DNA of 61,649 bases, filler included, from 7 parts of 7 records of this genome joined end to end with filler, not necessarily neighbours in it, one strand, 5' to 3'. Shown: positions 28,963 through 39,148, counted from the first letter of the whole stretch. Translations and numbers: made by a program. Notes: generated from the letters alone by a model not told the origin.

Positions 28963-31900
28963 TTGGCTTTTGTCCTGCACAATAAACGTATTCCTTTTGC
29001 GCATGCGCTCGACACGCAATTTGAGACGATCTTCTCCGATGTGATCCGTGAGCGCAGTTTTGAACGGAACATCTTTATTGTGCCCACCGGACGGCGTGTG
29101 CGTCTATTGCGCCGCACGGCAATCCAAACCTGCGCGCGTGAAACCGCTGATGGCAAAGACTCTGTAGTTCAGGGCAACATCCGTATCTACACGCTCGAAC
29201 AGTTTGTGCTGGAGTGTGCCCGCAAAATCTTTGATCGTGAATTATTGCTGATATCCGAAGCGTATACCCTGGCTCTGATGGAAGAAGCAGGCGACAAAGC
29301 CGACCTGCAGTTTTTCCGCAAGGAGAATCAATCCCTAAGCCCCGCTGCGCTCGAACGCCTCAGCAACATTGTCCTGGGACTCAAAGAAGATGGCGTAACG
29401 CCCGACTCCCTGCAGCTGGACATTCGCAGCGCCCAGCTGGGTGACGAGGATATCACCGACATTAAACGCCTTAGCGACATTGAGCGCCTCTTCAGAACCT
29501 ACGAGGCGCTGCTGGGGTCAAATCTTGCAGATCGTTCGCGTATGTTAATTCACACCAATGAATTCCTGCGCGGCGAGCGCAGTCGTGAGGGCCTGCGCAT
29601 CGCAGCAAGTTCCAGCGGGCCCGTGGATGAGGCCATACGTGAGCAAAGGCGCGAACGCTGGCAGCATTTGCTGGACGGCGTTGAAGCCGTATATATCGAT
29701 GGATTCAGCGAGTTTAAACCACCGGAAATAGACTTCCTGGCTCTGCTGGTTGCAGCACCATGCCACGTCCGGGTATTTCTCGACTACTCTGAGAATAATG
29801 GGCCGCTATTCGCCAACCTGCAATCAACCTTTGAATTGTTGCACACCGTCGGATACCAGAATCATACGGCCGATAACAGCGAGTCTGATCTTTTTTACGC
29901 TCCTGAAGAACACTCGCCACCGGCCTCTTATCTGCGCCGCTGGCTGTTTAACACTGAACGCGACATCCGCAACGTGGGCCTCGATGATGTTGTGCAGGTC
30001 TGGGGTGCTCCCTCGCGCATCGACGAAGTGCGCATGATTGCGCGCGAAATTAAACACCTGGCACTCACGAAGTCAGAAAACCGCGCCAAGATTCCAGCCT
30101 CGCAAATCTGCGTGGTTATGCGTCGCCCTGAATTTTACGCCGACCTGTTCCGTGAGATATTCGCTGAATATGACATCCCATCCAATGTCACAGATCGGTT
30201 TTCGATGGCATCCTCACCCGTTACCGTGGCAATCTTTGCTGTCATTGACCTGGCGCTCTACGGATTTCGGCGTGAGGACGTGGGGCGTGCCCTGCAAAAT
30301 CCTTACGTCAGTTTCACACCTCGTCAGCAGTCCGGCGCGGCGCGGCAGTCCGGCGCGGCTTCGGCTTTGGATGGTGTGAACCTGCTCAAGGTAGCGCAGC
30401 GCTTGCGTATTGTCGGAGGACATCAAAATGGTGGTGCTTCCTCCTGGGTACGCCGCATCGAAAACCGGCTGGAGGCCCTGCGCCGCCGTCGCGGTAATGC
30501 GATTCAGGACGAAGATGAAATCCGCGAAATCAAACGCGAAGAACGTGAGTGCGAACGCGCATTGCGAGACTTCAGCACCCTGCGCGAAGCGGTGCCGGCT
30601 GTTGCCGAACATCTTACTCCAGCAGAATTTGCGGCGGGGATCAAAAAACGCATTATTCGCGACCTGGGCATTCGCGAGTCAATTCTACGCTTCCAGGCGG
30701 CTGCCGAGAGTATCGATCAGCAGAATCGTGTGCGCCGTAGCCTGACCTACTCTGAGGTCGAAAAAGACGCGCGTGCCTTTACTGCTTTCCTGGAATTGAT
30801 CGAAGAACTGGCATATATCCAGCAGGAACGTGGCGGTGGGCCGGACATGGTTGGCAAGCAGCCCTTCCGTTATTTTGCTGACCGCCTGCGCACGGCTGCG
30901 CGCGCACGTCGTTATCAGGTGCGTGAGAAAATCGGTTATGGTGTCACGATTACGTCGCTCGAACAGATTCGCAACATTCCCTTCCAGGTCACATTTATCT
31001 GCGGGCTTGTTGACGGTGAGTTTCCAGCGGTCTACGTCCCGGAGTCTTTCCTGGGGAAAGACCTGCCGCAAACCGAAGATCGTTTTATTCGCTCCGAACG
31101 CATGCAGTTCTACCAGGCCTTAACAAATGCACCGGAGATGCTTAAAGACAAGCAAAAACACATGTATCTGACCTACCCGCGTTTTCGTGGGGCTGACGAA
31201 CTTGTGCGTTCGCCTTTTATTGACGCTTTGTTAAAAGTCAGCAACCTGCAAAAAGTGGGGCGTGTACTGGAATTTGGTGGCGATGTTGAATTGCCCGATA
31301 ATCAGGTAGCGCGGCATGCGCAACAGTTAACACAGGCCATCGGAGGTGGCGAAGAACTGCTGGCTACGCTCGGACGGCATGCTGTGCTTGCTGATAGTGA
31401 AGCGCAGGAGGCCAAAGATGTTAATGCCGCCACGACCAAAGCTTTGTTTGCCGAAGCCAAAAAACTTGGTCGTGAAAAAGGCGCAAGCCGTGTGCAGAAC
31501 GCCGCCAGACGCGCGCAGATAATCGAGTCGGCTGGTCTTAATGTTGATATGATGTCACAGTCCGCCGCTGAACAGTTTAATCGTTTTGTCAACAAACCAA
31601 CGTCAATCTCTGCGCTGGAGCAATATGCGCACTGCCCCTACCAGTTCTTTGCGGATCGGATTTTGCGGCTCGACACGCCGGATGAATTTGATAACGCCCT
31701 TTCTCCGCTCGAACGTGGCGCTCTGCTGCACCGCATAATGTTCCGCTTCTACCGCGAGTTGCAAATCGCACAGCTGCAGTCCGGTCTCGCGCAACCGCTC
31801 TCGTCCAAAAATCCGCAGCTGCCCGTCCTTGCACCTGTGTATCTGGATATTGATGATCAGTCTAAATATCGCTCCAGGCTGCGTGAGATTGGCGCGGAAG

Positions 31901-32688
31901 AATTTGAGCATCTGCGTTTTGAGCATCCGCTGTTTGATATTGAGCGCGAGGAAGTCCTCGGCGCCGAATCCAAACCCGGTCTGTTGGACATATGGCTCGG
32001 TCAGGAACTTAAACGCGCGTCAGATCCCGAATGGAACCTGGCGCCACTAGTATTTGAGTGGGGTTTTGGCCGTGATTCGGGCACAGATGTTAAGTCCACC
32101 GGCGCGAGTGCCTCAACAATCCCGGCCGTAGACCTCGGCGGCGGCCTGAGTTTAACAGGTAAAATTGACCGCGTGGACGGAGCCTTAACAAGGCACTCAG
32201 ATGCCGCTCCCATCGATGTTGCAATCATTGACTACAAAAGTGGTAAAGCCGTCACACAATCGGGTAACTCCAAAATCGCGCGTGGCCTCGCGCTGCAAAT
32301 GCCCTTATACTCGCTGGTGTTTGAACACGTTCTGCGTGAGTATTATGCTATTGAGGCAACAACTCGTGCTGCGATGTACGTAACACTTACACCCGACCCC
32401 AAACTATCTACGCGTTCTGCCAAAGATGATGTGGATGCACGTATGTTAAAAGCCGTGTTAACCACCAAGGACTATGGGGCAAGTCTTGGGCTATCGAAGC
32501 GCGCTATGTTAAGTGATGATGCCGAAGTCAAGGAGTTGCGCGCAACGGCCCTGGCGCATGCCCAAAATACCATTGCAAATATCAAGGCCGGCACATTTCC
32601 CGTAGAACCGGTAGATCAAAATCTGGCCTGTACCTACTGTGACTTTCACGCGCTCTGCCGTATTCGCGAACAAGCACACACGCCATAG
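28963..32688 (+). CDS. AddB/RexB-like helicase-nuclease subunit (PD-(D/E)XK, 4Fe-4S)
   Basis: IDGFSEF, EVRMIAREIK, ERMQFYQAL, SISALEQYAHCPYQFF, LTGKIDRVD, IIDYKSG, CTYCDFHALC. Confidence 0.85.
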   Translation: MAFVLHNKRIPFAHALDTQFETIFSDVIRERSFERNIFIVPTGRRVRLLRRTAIQTCARETADGKDSVVQGNIRIYTLEQFVLECARKIFDRELLLISEAYTLALMEEAGDKADLQFFRKENQSLSPAALERLSNIVLGLKEDGVTPDSLQLDIRSAQLGDEDITDIKRLSDIERLFRTYEALLGSNLADRSRMLIHTNEFLRGERSREGLRIAASSSGPVDEAIREQRRERWQHLLDGVEAVYIDGFSEFKPPEIDFLALLVAAPCHVRVFLDYSENNGPLFANLQSTFELLHTVGYQNHTADNSESDLFYAPEEHSPPASYLRRWLFNTERDIRNVGLDDVVQVWGAPSRIDEVRMIAREIKHLALTKSENRAKIPASQICVVMRRPEFYADLFREIFAEYDIPSNVTDRFSMASSPVTVAIFAVIDLALYGFRREDVGRALQNPYVSFTPRQQSGAARQSGAASALDGVNLLKVAQRLRIVGGHQNGGASSWVRRIENRLEALRRRRGNAIQDEDEIREIKREERECERALRDFSTLREAVPAVAEHLTPAEFAAGIKKRIIRDLGIRESILRFQAAAESIDQQNRVRRSLTYSEVEKDARAFTAFLELIEELAYIQQERGGGPDMVGKQPFRYFADRLRTAARARRYQVREKIGYGVTITSLEQIRNIPFQVTFICGLVDGEFPAVYVPESFLGKDLPQTEDRFIRSERMQFYQALTNAPEMLKDKQKHMYLTYPRFRGADELVRSPFIDALLKVSNLQKVGRVLEFGGDVELPDNQVARHAQQLTQAIGGGEELLATLGRHAVLADSEAQEAKDVNAATTKALFAEAKKLGREKGASRVQNAARRAQIIESAGLNVDMMSQSAAEQFNRFVNKPTSISALEQYAHCPYQFFADRILRLDTPDEFDNALSPLERGALLHRIMFRFYRELQIAQLQSGLAQPLSSKNPQLPVLAPVYLDIDDQSKYRSRLREIGAEEFEHLRFEHPLFDIEREEVLGAESKPGLLDIWLGQELKRASDPEWNLAPLVFEWGFGRDSGTDVKSTGASASTIPAVDLGGGLSLTGKIDRVDGALTRHSDAAPIDVAIIDYKSGKAVTQSGNSKIARGLALQMPLYSLVFEHVLREYYAIEATTRAAMYVTLTPDPKLSTRSAKDDVDARMLKAVLTTKDYGASLGLSKRAMLSDDAEVKELRATALAHAQNTIANIKAGTFPVEPVDQNLACTYCDFHALCRIREQAHTP

Positions 32689-32701
32689 TCAGCGGATATT
32701 G

Positions 32702-34066
32702 TTACTCTGGCATTCGCGCTCTGCGAGGTAAAACAACAACTTCCCAAAGCATAAACAGCAGCGCTGCACCCCACACACAAAACTGGACCACATAAGCTTC
32801 CTGCCAGGGCTGTGCGGCATAAATCAGGTAACTTAACATGGAAGCGCCGGCAAAAAACGGCAACCAGCGATACCCAATGAAAACATTGAGCATAAGCAGC
32901 GGCGCAAAATACCAAGTGTGAACTTTACTCGAAAGTAGAAGCACGGCACACAACACCCAGAACATTGCCTTGAGCATATCTCGCGTGTTTCTCACTTTTA
33001 ACACAATAACTAACAAGAGAACCGCCAATACGCGTAAAATGCTCAGAAGCCTTGGAGACCATTCCCAGTATTTGGCTGCGCCAAAAAGATCCAAAATTGC
33101 GTTTAAGGTGTAGAGCGGCACACCGTTAAACTGCATGATATTGCTGTAGTAGCTTGCCGTCTGTGCTATGTTTACATATGCTTGTACTTCCGTAAAATAG
33201 GGCAGCGCGGCCAGAATAGACACAACTGCACAACTTGCGACTAGGGCTAAACGTGCGCGATATGTTGTTAACCTGCGCCACCACAGGCCCAGTAATACCG
33301 CCGGCAGACTTTTAACCAGAGCTGCCGCGCCAATCGCAGCGCCCACTTTAAAGGCAAATTTTTGTTTGTCACTGCGCCCCAAGCCGGAAGCCGCACAGAC
33401 CGCCCCAATTAACACAGCCACAGGCCACAAGAGCCAGGCGTCAAGATGCGCCTGCCCCGCAAACTCGATTACAGGTAATGGAGAGAAAAGATAAAACCCC
33501 AAAGTCGATGGCGGTGCATGCGCAAATCGGCGGTGCCGCAGTAAACGCATTAACAACAGTAGTGCGCAAAGCTCTGCGCCTACAAGCAGAAGTTTTAAAC
33601 AAATCAGTTGAGTAAACGCTCCGCCGCCAAAGGGCTGCGCCAGCGCCACCGCCAGGCCAAAACCATACTGCGCCAGCGGCGGATAAATCGTGTAAACATC
33701 GCGGTAGTCTACGTAGTCATACACCTCGCCGCGCAAGTGTTCCAGCGCCGGATCCTGCGGTGCATACATATAAACATTTTTGCCGTCCAGGACCAGGGCA
33801 CCATCCCAAAGGTAGCGCCAGACGTCATCAGAAAGCCAGGGATGCATCGGCAGCAAGGCCAGACGCGGCAGTAGGAACAGAGCCAGAATTAGTAGAGTGC
33901 GCCGCCGCAAACCGCGCGCCAACACCGGCAGGAGTGCCAGGCCAAGGACAACATGTAAACCACAAAAAATAGAAAACACCAGGCCGGATTCACGTGTGGC
34001 GGGCAACAGTGGATACACGCCAAACGCCAGGATATAGGCGGCCACACCGCTGAGACGTGCGAACAT
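32702..34066 (-). CDS. Membrane glycosyltransferase (GT87-like / GT-C fold)
   Basis: Polytopic; LSDDVWRYLWDG, TIYPPLAQ, EFAGQAHLD, VHTWY. Confidence 0.75.
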   Translation of the reverse strand: MFARLSGVAAYILAFGVYPLLPATRESGLVFSIFCGLHVVLGLALLPVLARGLRRRTLLILALFLLPRLALLPMHPWLSDDVWRYLWDGALVLDGKNVYMYAPQDPALEHLRGEVYDYVDYRDVYTIYPPLAQYGFGLAVALAQPFGGGAFTQLICLKLLLVGAELCALLLLMRLLRHRRFAHAPPSTLGFYLFSPLPVIEFAGQAHLDAWLLWPVAVLIGAVCAASGLGRSDKQKFAFKVGAAIGAAALVKSLPAVLLGLWWRRLTTYRARLALVASCAVVSILAALPYFTEVQAYVNIAQTASYYSNIMQFNGVPLYTLNAILDLFGAAKYWEWSPRLLSILRVLAVLLLVIVLKVRNTRDMLKAMFWVLCAVLLLSSKVHTWYFAPLLMLNVFIGYRWLPFFAGASMLSYLIYAAQPWQEAYVVQFCVWGAALLFMLWEVVVLPRRARMPE

Positions 34067-34076
34067 AGTGTCTAAC

Positions 34077-34484
34077 TCAGGCGCCCGTTTTCAGGCGAAT
34101 TTTCGTCAGGGTGCCATTGCCGGTGTTAACAAATTCCACTTTATCGCTGAAGGCGCGAATCAGGAAAACCCCGCGCCCACCTTCGCGCAATAAATTGTCG
34201 GGATGCAGCGGGTCGGGAAGTGACGCCTCGTCAAATCCTTGACCCTGATCCTGAATTTCCAGGAGCAGCATCTCATCTTTGATTTCCGCGCCAACAGAAA
34301 CGGTCTTGGAAGGATCGCGGTCGTTGCCGTGGTTAATTGCATTATTAACCGCCTCGGTCAGGACAACCATCGCATTGTGGAAGGCCGTGTCCGTCACAGT
34401 ATGCCCATCCAGGACAGTCTTCAGGAACGGTTCAATTTGGTGCAGCTTCTTGGCGTCACTCGGAATCGTAAGGGTATGATTCAT
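34077..34484 (-). CDS. RsbW-like anti-sigma factor / HATPase_c kinase
   Basis: TEAVNNAINHGN, IQDQGQGFD, EGGRGVFLI. Confidence 0.88.
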   Translation of the reverse strand: MNHTLTIPSDAKKLHQIEPFLKTVLDGHTVTDTAFHNAMVVLTEAVNNAINHGNDRDPSKTVSVGAEIKDEMLLLEIQDQGQGFDEASLPDPLHPDNLLREGGRGVFLIRAFSDKVEFVNTGNGTLTKIRLKTGA

Positions 34485-34553
34485 TGCTCTTGTTGATCTA
34501 TCTGCAAGGTTAACTGCCGTGAATTGTTGTAAGACACTGCTGCATATGCCGGC

Positions 34554-36485
34554 CTAAAGCCGCACCGTAGACTGCAGGAATACATTTGGGAAGCGCCTTA
34601 CTTCCCTGCCTTGGTCGAATTCTATTTCGTACCAACCGCGAATCTCAATCTGAGTATTTGAGCCTACGCCAAACCGCACCACCGTTTCGGGTGCAAATGA
34701 CTGCCGCAGTGTCTCCTGCCCTGGAATTGCATTGCCGGCCGGCTGGCTGCTCAGCGAATAAACACGAGCGCCAACGCCTAGCTGCGTTGCATTACTCTCA
34801 AATAGATCCGGCGCATGAAAGAGCAATAATCTACAAAAAAGTTCAACGTTTTCATCTTGTGGCGTCTCGGAAAAGCTGTTCCAACGGAACCGCGCACGTT
34901 CATAATAGCGCGAAACCACGCCAAGGTCCAGATGCTCCTGTGAACTCAGCCGCCAAATCAGTGAATCGCGATATGATATCTGCCGGAAACTGAAACTGGG
35001 AGAAGTGATGATCTGATTCTCAAAGTCATAACTCGTAAAGTTCGCCAGCACCTCAAAAGTCGGGCGCCACAAGATGCGTCGCGTCGAAAGCTCAAGCCGC
35101 GGAATCAGGCGAATGACGCGGTTCCAGTTGTTCTGCGCGCTGCGCTCAGAACGCAAAAACACCAGATGCTCAAACTGCGTTTCCAGCGTAACGCGTGAAG
35201 TCAAAATCCCCGAATGCCGCCGGCTGTAGCTCAGCTCACCAATCAAAGTTAACTCATCGCGGTCGTCGTTGTTCGCATCACTCGGCGTGTCGTAACGCAG
35301 AATAATGCCCGAAAACGCTGCACTGAGCGTGTCACGCCCAAACACGGGCCACTCCGTGCGCATGCTCATGCCCGTGCGCGTCGAAGAATTATCGCGCTGG
35401 TTTTCGCTCTCACGCAGCCGGTTTAACTCGCTCGGGTTGATGTCAAAACGCTCCAGCACAGAATTGCTTTCGTCGCGGCCGTTGTAGAACAGGCGCAGGG
35501 AATGCCGCCCGCCCGCCAGCGTGCCACTCGCAAACGCCTCAATGTCCAGACGTAACTCATCGCGCGTACGCGTTACCGCCGTCACGGAGTTTTCGTCGAT
35601 ACCCGCGCGGTAAAAGCGGTCAATCGCCTCGCCGCGCAGGCTCGTGCGCAGGTCCAGATCAATATTCTGGCTCAGGTCAAACAGCGCGCGCCCGTCCACG
35701 GCCCAGCTGTTGCGTATGCGCGTCTCCAGCGCCGCCTCGCTACCGGAGCCGACAAACGTGTAGAAGTCACGCCGCGACTCCTCCAGATCCGCACGCACAA
35801 AAATGGCTGCGCCTTCCGGAAAAATGCGCCCAATCTCGCCACCGCTGCCCAGGGTGAAGTTGATGCGCTCACCCGAAAGTTGGGCTACATCTGCAATCAC
35901 GTCAAACTGCGTGTCAAACTCATCCAGCCGCAGCGCGCGGCCACGTACAAAGCCATTTAACTCCGTGCCGCGGTCCGCCAGGCCCAGCTGCTCGTTATAC
36001 ACTGCCGCCGCCGAGGCCTCAGCCAGAATGCGCTGGTCCAGGGTCTGGTAGCGCAAGCCGCTGCGCAGATCCCCATTCAGAAGTTTGTTGATCGTTAGAT
36101 TTCGACTGTCGTCGGAAAGTAAACCGGAAGCGCCGGCAAAGACCTGCCACTCCGGACTGATGCGCACGCGCTGCTCCAGCAAAGCTTCGGCATCGTCGCG
36201 CACGGAAGTGTTGGCGCCGCGGATGGTGTTGGCGCGATAGTTCAGGTCAAACAGGAAAGGGGCGTCGTCACCCAGAAACGTGGGGATGCTGCCGCTCAGC
36301 ATGCCGTTAAACACCGTGGTGTTGGCGTTCTTATCGAAACCATAACGCAGCAGCGGACCGCGCAGCAGGCTGTCGCGGACATTTAACTCTACCTGTCCAA
36401 ATACATCTACCGCCGCCGTGCTGAACAGGAGGCCGCAAAACAGGCAAAGTACAAGAGTTATTCTTCCGCAGGCGACTGATAACAT
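34554..36485 (-). CDS. Putative outer-membrane beta-barrel protein
   Basis: Signal peptide and long alternating beta-strand pattern; no family recognised. Confidence 0.6.
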   Translation of the reverse strand: MLSVACGRITLVLCLFCGLLFSTAAVDVFGQVELNVRDSLLRGPLLRYGFDKNANTTVFNGMLSGSIPTFLGDDAPFLFDLNYRANTIRGANTSVRDDAEALLEQRVRISPEWQVFAGASGLLSDDSRNLTINKLLNGDLRSGLRYQTLDQRILAEASAAAVYNEQLGLADRGTELNGFVRGRALRLDEFDTQFDVIADVAQLSGERINFTLGSGGEIGRIFPEGAAIFVRADLEESRRDFYTFVGSGSEAALETRIRNSWAVDGRALFDLSQNIDLDLRTSLRGEAIDRFYRAGIDENSVTAVTRTRDELRLDIEAFASGTLAGGRHSLRLFYNGRDESNSVLERFDINPSELNRLRESENQRDNSSTRTGMSMRTEWPVFGRDTLSAAFSGIILRYDTPSDANNDDRDELTLIGELSYSRRHSGILTSRVTLETQFEHLVFLRSERSAQNNWNRVIRLIPRLELSTRRILWRPTFEVLANFTSYDFENQIITSPSFSFRQISYRDSLIWRLSSQEHLDLGVVSRYYERARFRWNSFSETPQDENVELFCRLLLFHAPDLFESNATQLGVGARVYSLSSQPAGNAIPGQETLRQSFAPETVVRFGVGSNTQIEIRGWYEIEFDQGREVRRFPNVFLQSTVRL

Positions 36486-36655
36486 TGGCGGCGATACTCT
36501 ATTACAAGAGCGGTAATAATATCCGCCGATTCTTTTACGAGCAGGTTCCGGCCGCTGCGCAGCCGAATCTGCGTGTCGTGCATCGACGTTACAGTTTCGA
36601 TTTCATCGGCATTGAGGACTATCTCACTGCCGTCCAGTTTTGTCAACTTGATCAT
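36458..36655 (-). CDS. flbD: Flagellar FlbD/SwrD family protein
   Basis: MIKLTKLDGSEIVLNADEIETV..DTQIRL.SG..LLVKES..I...VIEYRR. Confidence 0.8.
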   Translation of the reverse strand: MIKLTKLDGSEIVLNADEIETVTSMHDTQIRLRSGRNLLVKESADIITALVIEYRRQCYQSPAEE

Positions 36656-36788
36656 ATTACATCAACTCCAGAACACAGGGAAGGCCAAAATGTATCCATG
36701 CCGGCGCCACCCGGCATAAAAATGCTGGATGAACGCCTCATAAATGCCACGTGGCGGGCCGGTCTCCGCCACATTCTACTGATCTGAC

Positions 36789-37610
36789 TTAGCGTGATTC
36801 CGGCGGACGATGGGTTTGCATCGCCGGCCGCATGATTGTTTCCACGTTGACGGCCGCACCCGTAATCTCATCGACTTCAACGTGCACACCACAGATGCGC
36901 AGGTCCTCCGTCGCCGATTCGTACTTGTGTGGTGTCTGCAGCAGGAAGCGCCGCAATGCAATGTCGGTCCGCATGCCCAGCACTGAGTCATACGGGCCGG
37001 TCATCCCGGCATCCGTCACGTACGCCGTGCCGCGCGGCAGAATGCGTGCATCACTGGTTTGCACATGCGTATGTGTGCCCACCAGTGCCGAAATCTTGCC
37101 ATCCAGAAAATTGGCCAGCGCCATTTTTTCGGCGGTCGCTTCAGCATGCATATCTACAAAAATGATATTCGTTTCGGCTTGCAGGCGTGGCAGTGCTTTC
37201 TCGGCGGCTTTGAATGGACAGTCAATTGGCTGCATAAACACGCGGCCCTGCAGGTGCAGAATGCCCGCCTTGCGTCCGTCGGCTAGTTCTATCACAACCG
37301 TGCCGTTGCCGGGGTTGTTGGACGGGTAGTTCAGCGGCCGCAGCACCTTGGGGTTTTTACTGAGAAGTGGGCGCGCTTTCCAATTTTCCCATACGTGGTT
37401 GCCCGTTGTAATCGCATGTGCACCCAAACCAAAAATCACGTCAGCTTCGCGTTCAGAGAGGCCCTTGCCATTCACAATGTTTTCGCCATTGACAATCACC
37501 AAGTCAGACTTGTAATCGTCTATCAATCCCGGCAGAAATTTGGTGAGTGTTTCCAGGCCGGCCATGCCCACCAGATCGCCAATAAACAGTATTCGTAAAG
37601 TTCGCGCCAC
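36789..37610 (-). CDS. ymdB: YmdB-family metallophosphoesterase
   Basis: ILFIGDLVG, VNGEN, TTGNHVW, VDMHAEATAEK, GTHTHVQTSD, TDAGMTGPYDSVLG; GTG start with SD. Confidence 0.9.
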   Translation of the reverse strand: MARTLRILFIGDLVGMAGLETLTKFLPGLIDDYKSDLVIVNGENIVNGKGLSEREADVIFGLGAHAITTGNHVWENWKARPLLSKNPKVLRPLNYPSNNPGNGTVVIELADGRKAGILHLQGRVFMQPIDCPFKAAEKALPRLQAETNIIFVDMHAEATAEKMALANFLDGKISALVGTHTHVQTSDARILPRGTAYVTDAGMTGPYDSVLGMRTDIALRRFLLQTPHKYESATEDLRICGVHVEVDEITGAAVNVETIMRPAMQTHRPPESR

Positions 37611-37717
37611 GGTAATATTCTTCCTTATGCCGGCAGTGTCCAAAACAAGGAAATTAAGAATATATTGCGAGCCGCGGCCCCGCGAATCGAAAATTGAACA
37701 CAATCAGAGTGCAGTAA

Positions 37718-38272
37718 ATGAAGATATACACAAGAACCGGTGATAAAGGTAAGACCGCTCTGTTCGGCGGCAGGCGCGTAGCCAAACACGATTTGCGCAT
37801 CGAAGCCTACGGCACTGTCGATGAACTTAACTCCCATATCGGCGTCGTCCTGACGCATGAACTGCCCGAAAATCTGCGTGCCGAGTTAACCGAAATTAGC
37901 GCGCTCCTCTTTTCGCTCGGTTCGGATTTGGCTACACCACTAAGTCCGCCGCCTAAATATGCCATCCCGCGCATGCAGGAAGGGCAGGCTACCTGGCTGG
38001 AAGAACGCATCGATGCGGCTGAGATGGGCCTGGAGCCGCTCAAGAGTTTTATTCTTCCCGGCGGAACACCTGCCGCTGCGCATCTGCATCTGGCGCGCAC
38101 CGTTTGCCGCCGCGCCGAACGCCGCGTCACGGAGCTTGCCGAACAGGAAGAAATTAACCTCACCGTTCAGGTTTTTCTCAATCGCCTCTCAGATTATCTT
38201 TTTGTGCTGGCCCGCGCCGCCAACAAACACGCCGGGCATGGTGATGTTCCGTGGACAAATCCAGCCGTCTAA
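37718..38272 (+). CDS. PduO-type cob(I)alamin adenosyltransferase
   Basis: IYTRTGDKGKT, AYGTVDELNS, FILPGG, ARTVCRRAER, LNRLSDYLF. Confidence 0.93.
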   Translation: MKIYTRTGDKGKTALFGGRRVAKHDLRIEAYGTVDELNSHIGVVLTHELPENLRAELTEISALLFSLGSDLATPLSPPPKYAIPRMQEGQATWLEERIDAAEMGLEPLKSFILPGGTPAAAHLHLARTVCRRAERRVTELAEQEEINLTVQVFLNRLSDYLFVLARAANKHAGHGDVPWTNPAV

Positions 38273-38304
38273 AACCACTCAGCTTTCAAAAAGATTAGCG
38301 TACC

Positions 38305-38345
38305 AAAAAAATGGAATGAGCAGATCAATACTGTTCATTCCATTC
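38305..38345. terminator. Hairpin between convergent genes, probable terminator
   Basis: AATGGAATGAGCAG-ATCAATA-CTGTTCATTCCATT with a flanking A-tract. Confidence 0.6.
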
Positions 38346-38414
38346 TCATTTTTAGTCACTATGCACGCTCATCGGAGAATGCCCCTCTGGGGGTGCCTGC
38401 CTCCGGCACAGTTA

Positions 38415-38798
38415 TCAATACATCGTGTTGCCGTTTTTACTTTCCTTGGGGATCTCCTGCATCGCATCCCAGTGTTCTACGATTTTCCCATTGTCATCAA
38501 ACCGGAAAAAATCCATCGTCACGTATTCCTCGTTGTCGGGCCAGGTTTGATGTGTATGTAGTGCCACCAGGTCACCTTGGCCTATCGCGCGTACAAAGTT
38601 GATGTCTTTGTCGGGATAGCCTACCGCCATTTCCAGGAAGTAGTCAATAAATGGCTGCGGACCGTTACCTACCAGTGGATTGTGCTGGATGTAATCTTCG
38701 CCCACGTAGAGTGCTACGGCTTGTTTGGGGTCGCCCAAATAGGCCATTCGGTAAAATTCAATCGCATTGCGTTTGTTGGCTTCAATGTCATGTTGCAT
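38415..38798 (-). CDS. SnoaL-like / NTF2-family protein
   Basis: YIQHNPLVGNG..F, GDLVALHTH, MDFFRFDDNGKIVEHWD. Confidence 0.85.
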   Translation of the reverse strand: MQHDIEANKRNAIEFYRMAYLGDPKQAVALYVGEDYIQHNPLVGNGPQPFIDYFLEMAVGYPDKDINFVRAIGQGDLVALHTHQTWPDNEEYVTMDFFRFDDNGKIVEHWDAMQEIPKESKNGNTMY

Positions 38799-38944
38799 CG
38801 TTGTTTCCCGTTTTTCTGGAAGGTCACATTCTGTTTGCCAGGTTTTTGCTTTATACGTCTTGCTGCATTTTACATTTCCAGTTAAGCGAAGTTCGGCCGC
38901 ATGTGTGTTTTGACCGCTTTGAGCTCTCACTGGCGTTCGGCTCA

Positions 38945-39044
38945 NNNNNNNNNNNNNNNNNNNNNNNNNNNNNNNNNNNNNNNNNNNNTTAATTAATTAA
39001 NNNNNNNNNNNNNNNNNNNNNNNNNNNNNNNNNNNNNNNNNNNN
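38945..39044. other. Artificial contig linker
   Basis: N44-TTAATTAATTAA-N44. Confidence 0.98.
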
Positions 39045-39047
39045 GCG

Positions 39048-39110
39048 GACGGCACACGGAGTGTGCCTGCTACTCTGTTTCACTAACGGCACACGGAGTG
39101 TGCCTACTAC
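39048..39110 (-). repeat. Two GTAG-family REP elements
   Basis: GACGGCACACGGAGTGTGCCTGCTAC (39048-73) and AACGGCACACGGAGTGTGCCTACTAC (39085-110); the first is the exact reverse complement of 27147-27172. Confidence 0.82.
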
Positions 39111-39148
39111 CTTGATTCACGACTTTCTCTCTTAAACCGAGACATCGC

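Noticed and set aside
38799-38944. SnoaL gene as a possible integron cassette
   Set aside because: No convincing attC (paired RYYYAAC/GTTRRRY boxes) was found, and the contig ends here.
39048-39110. Possible CRISPR array from repeated 26-mers
   Set aside because: Only two copies with an 11-nt spacer, a GTAG-palindrome structure and no cas genes; these are REPs.
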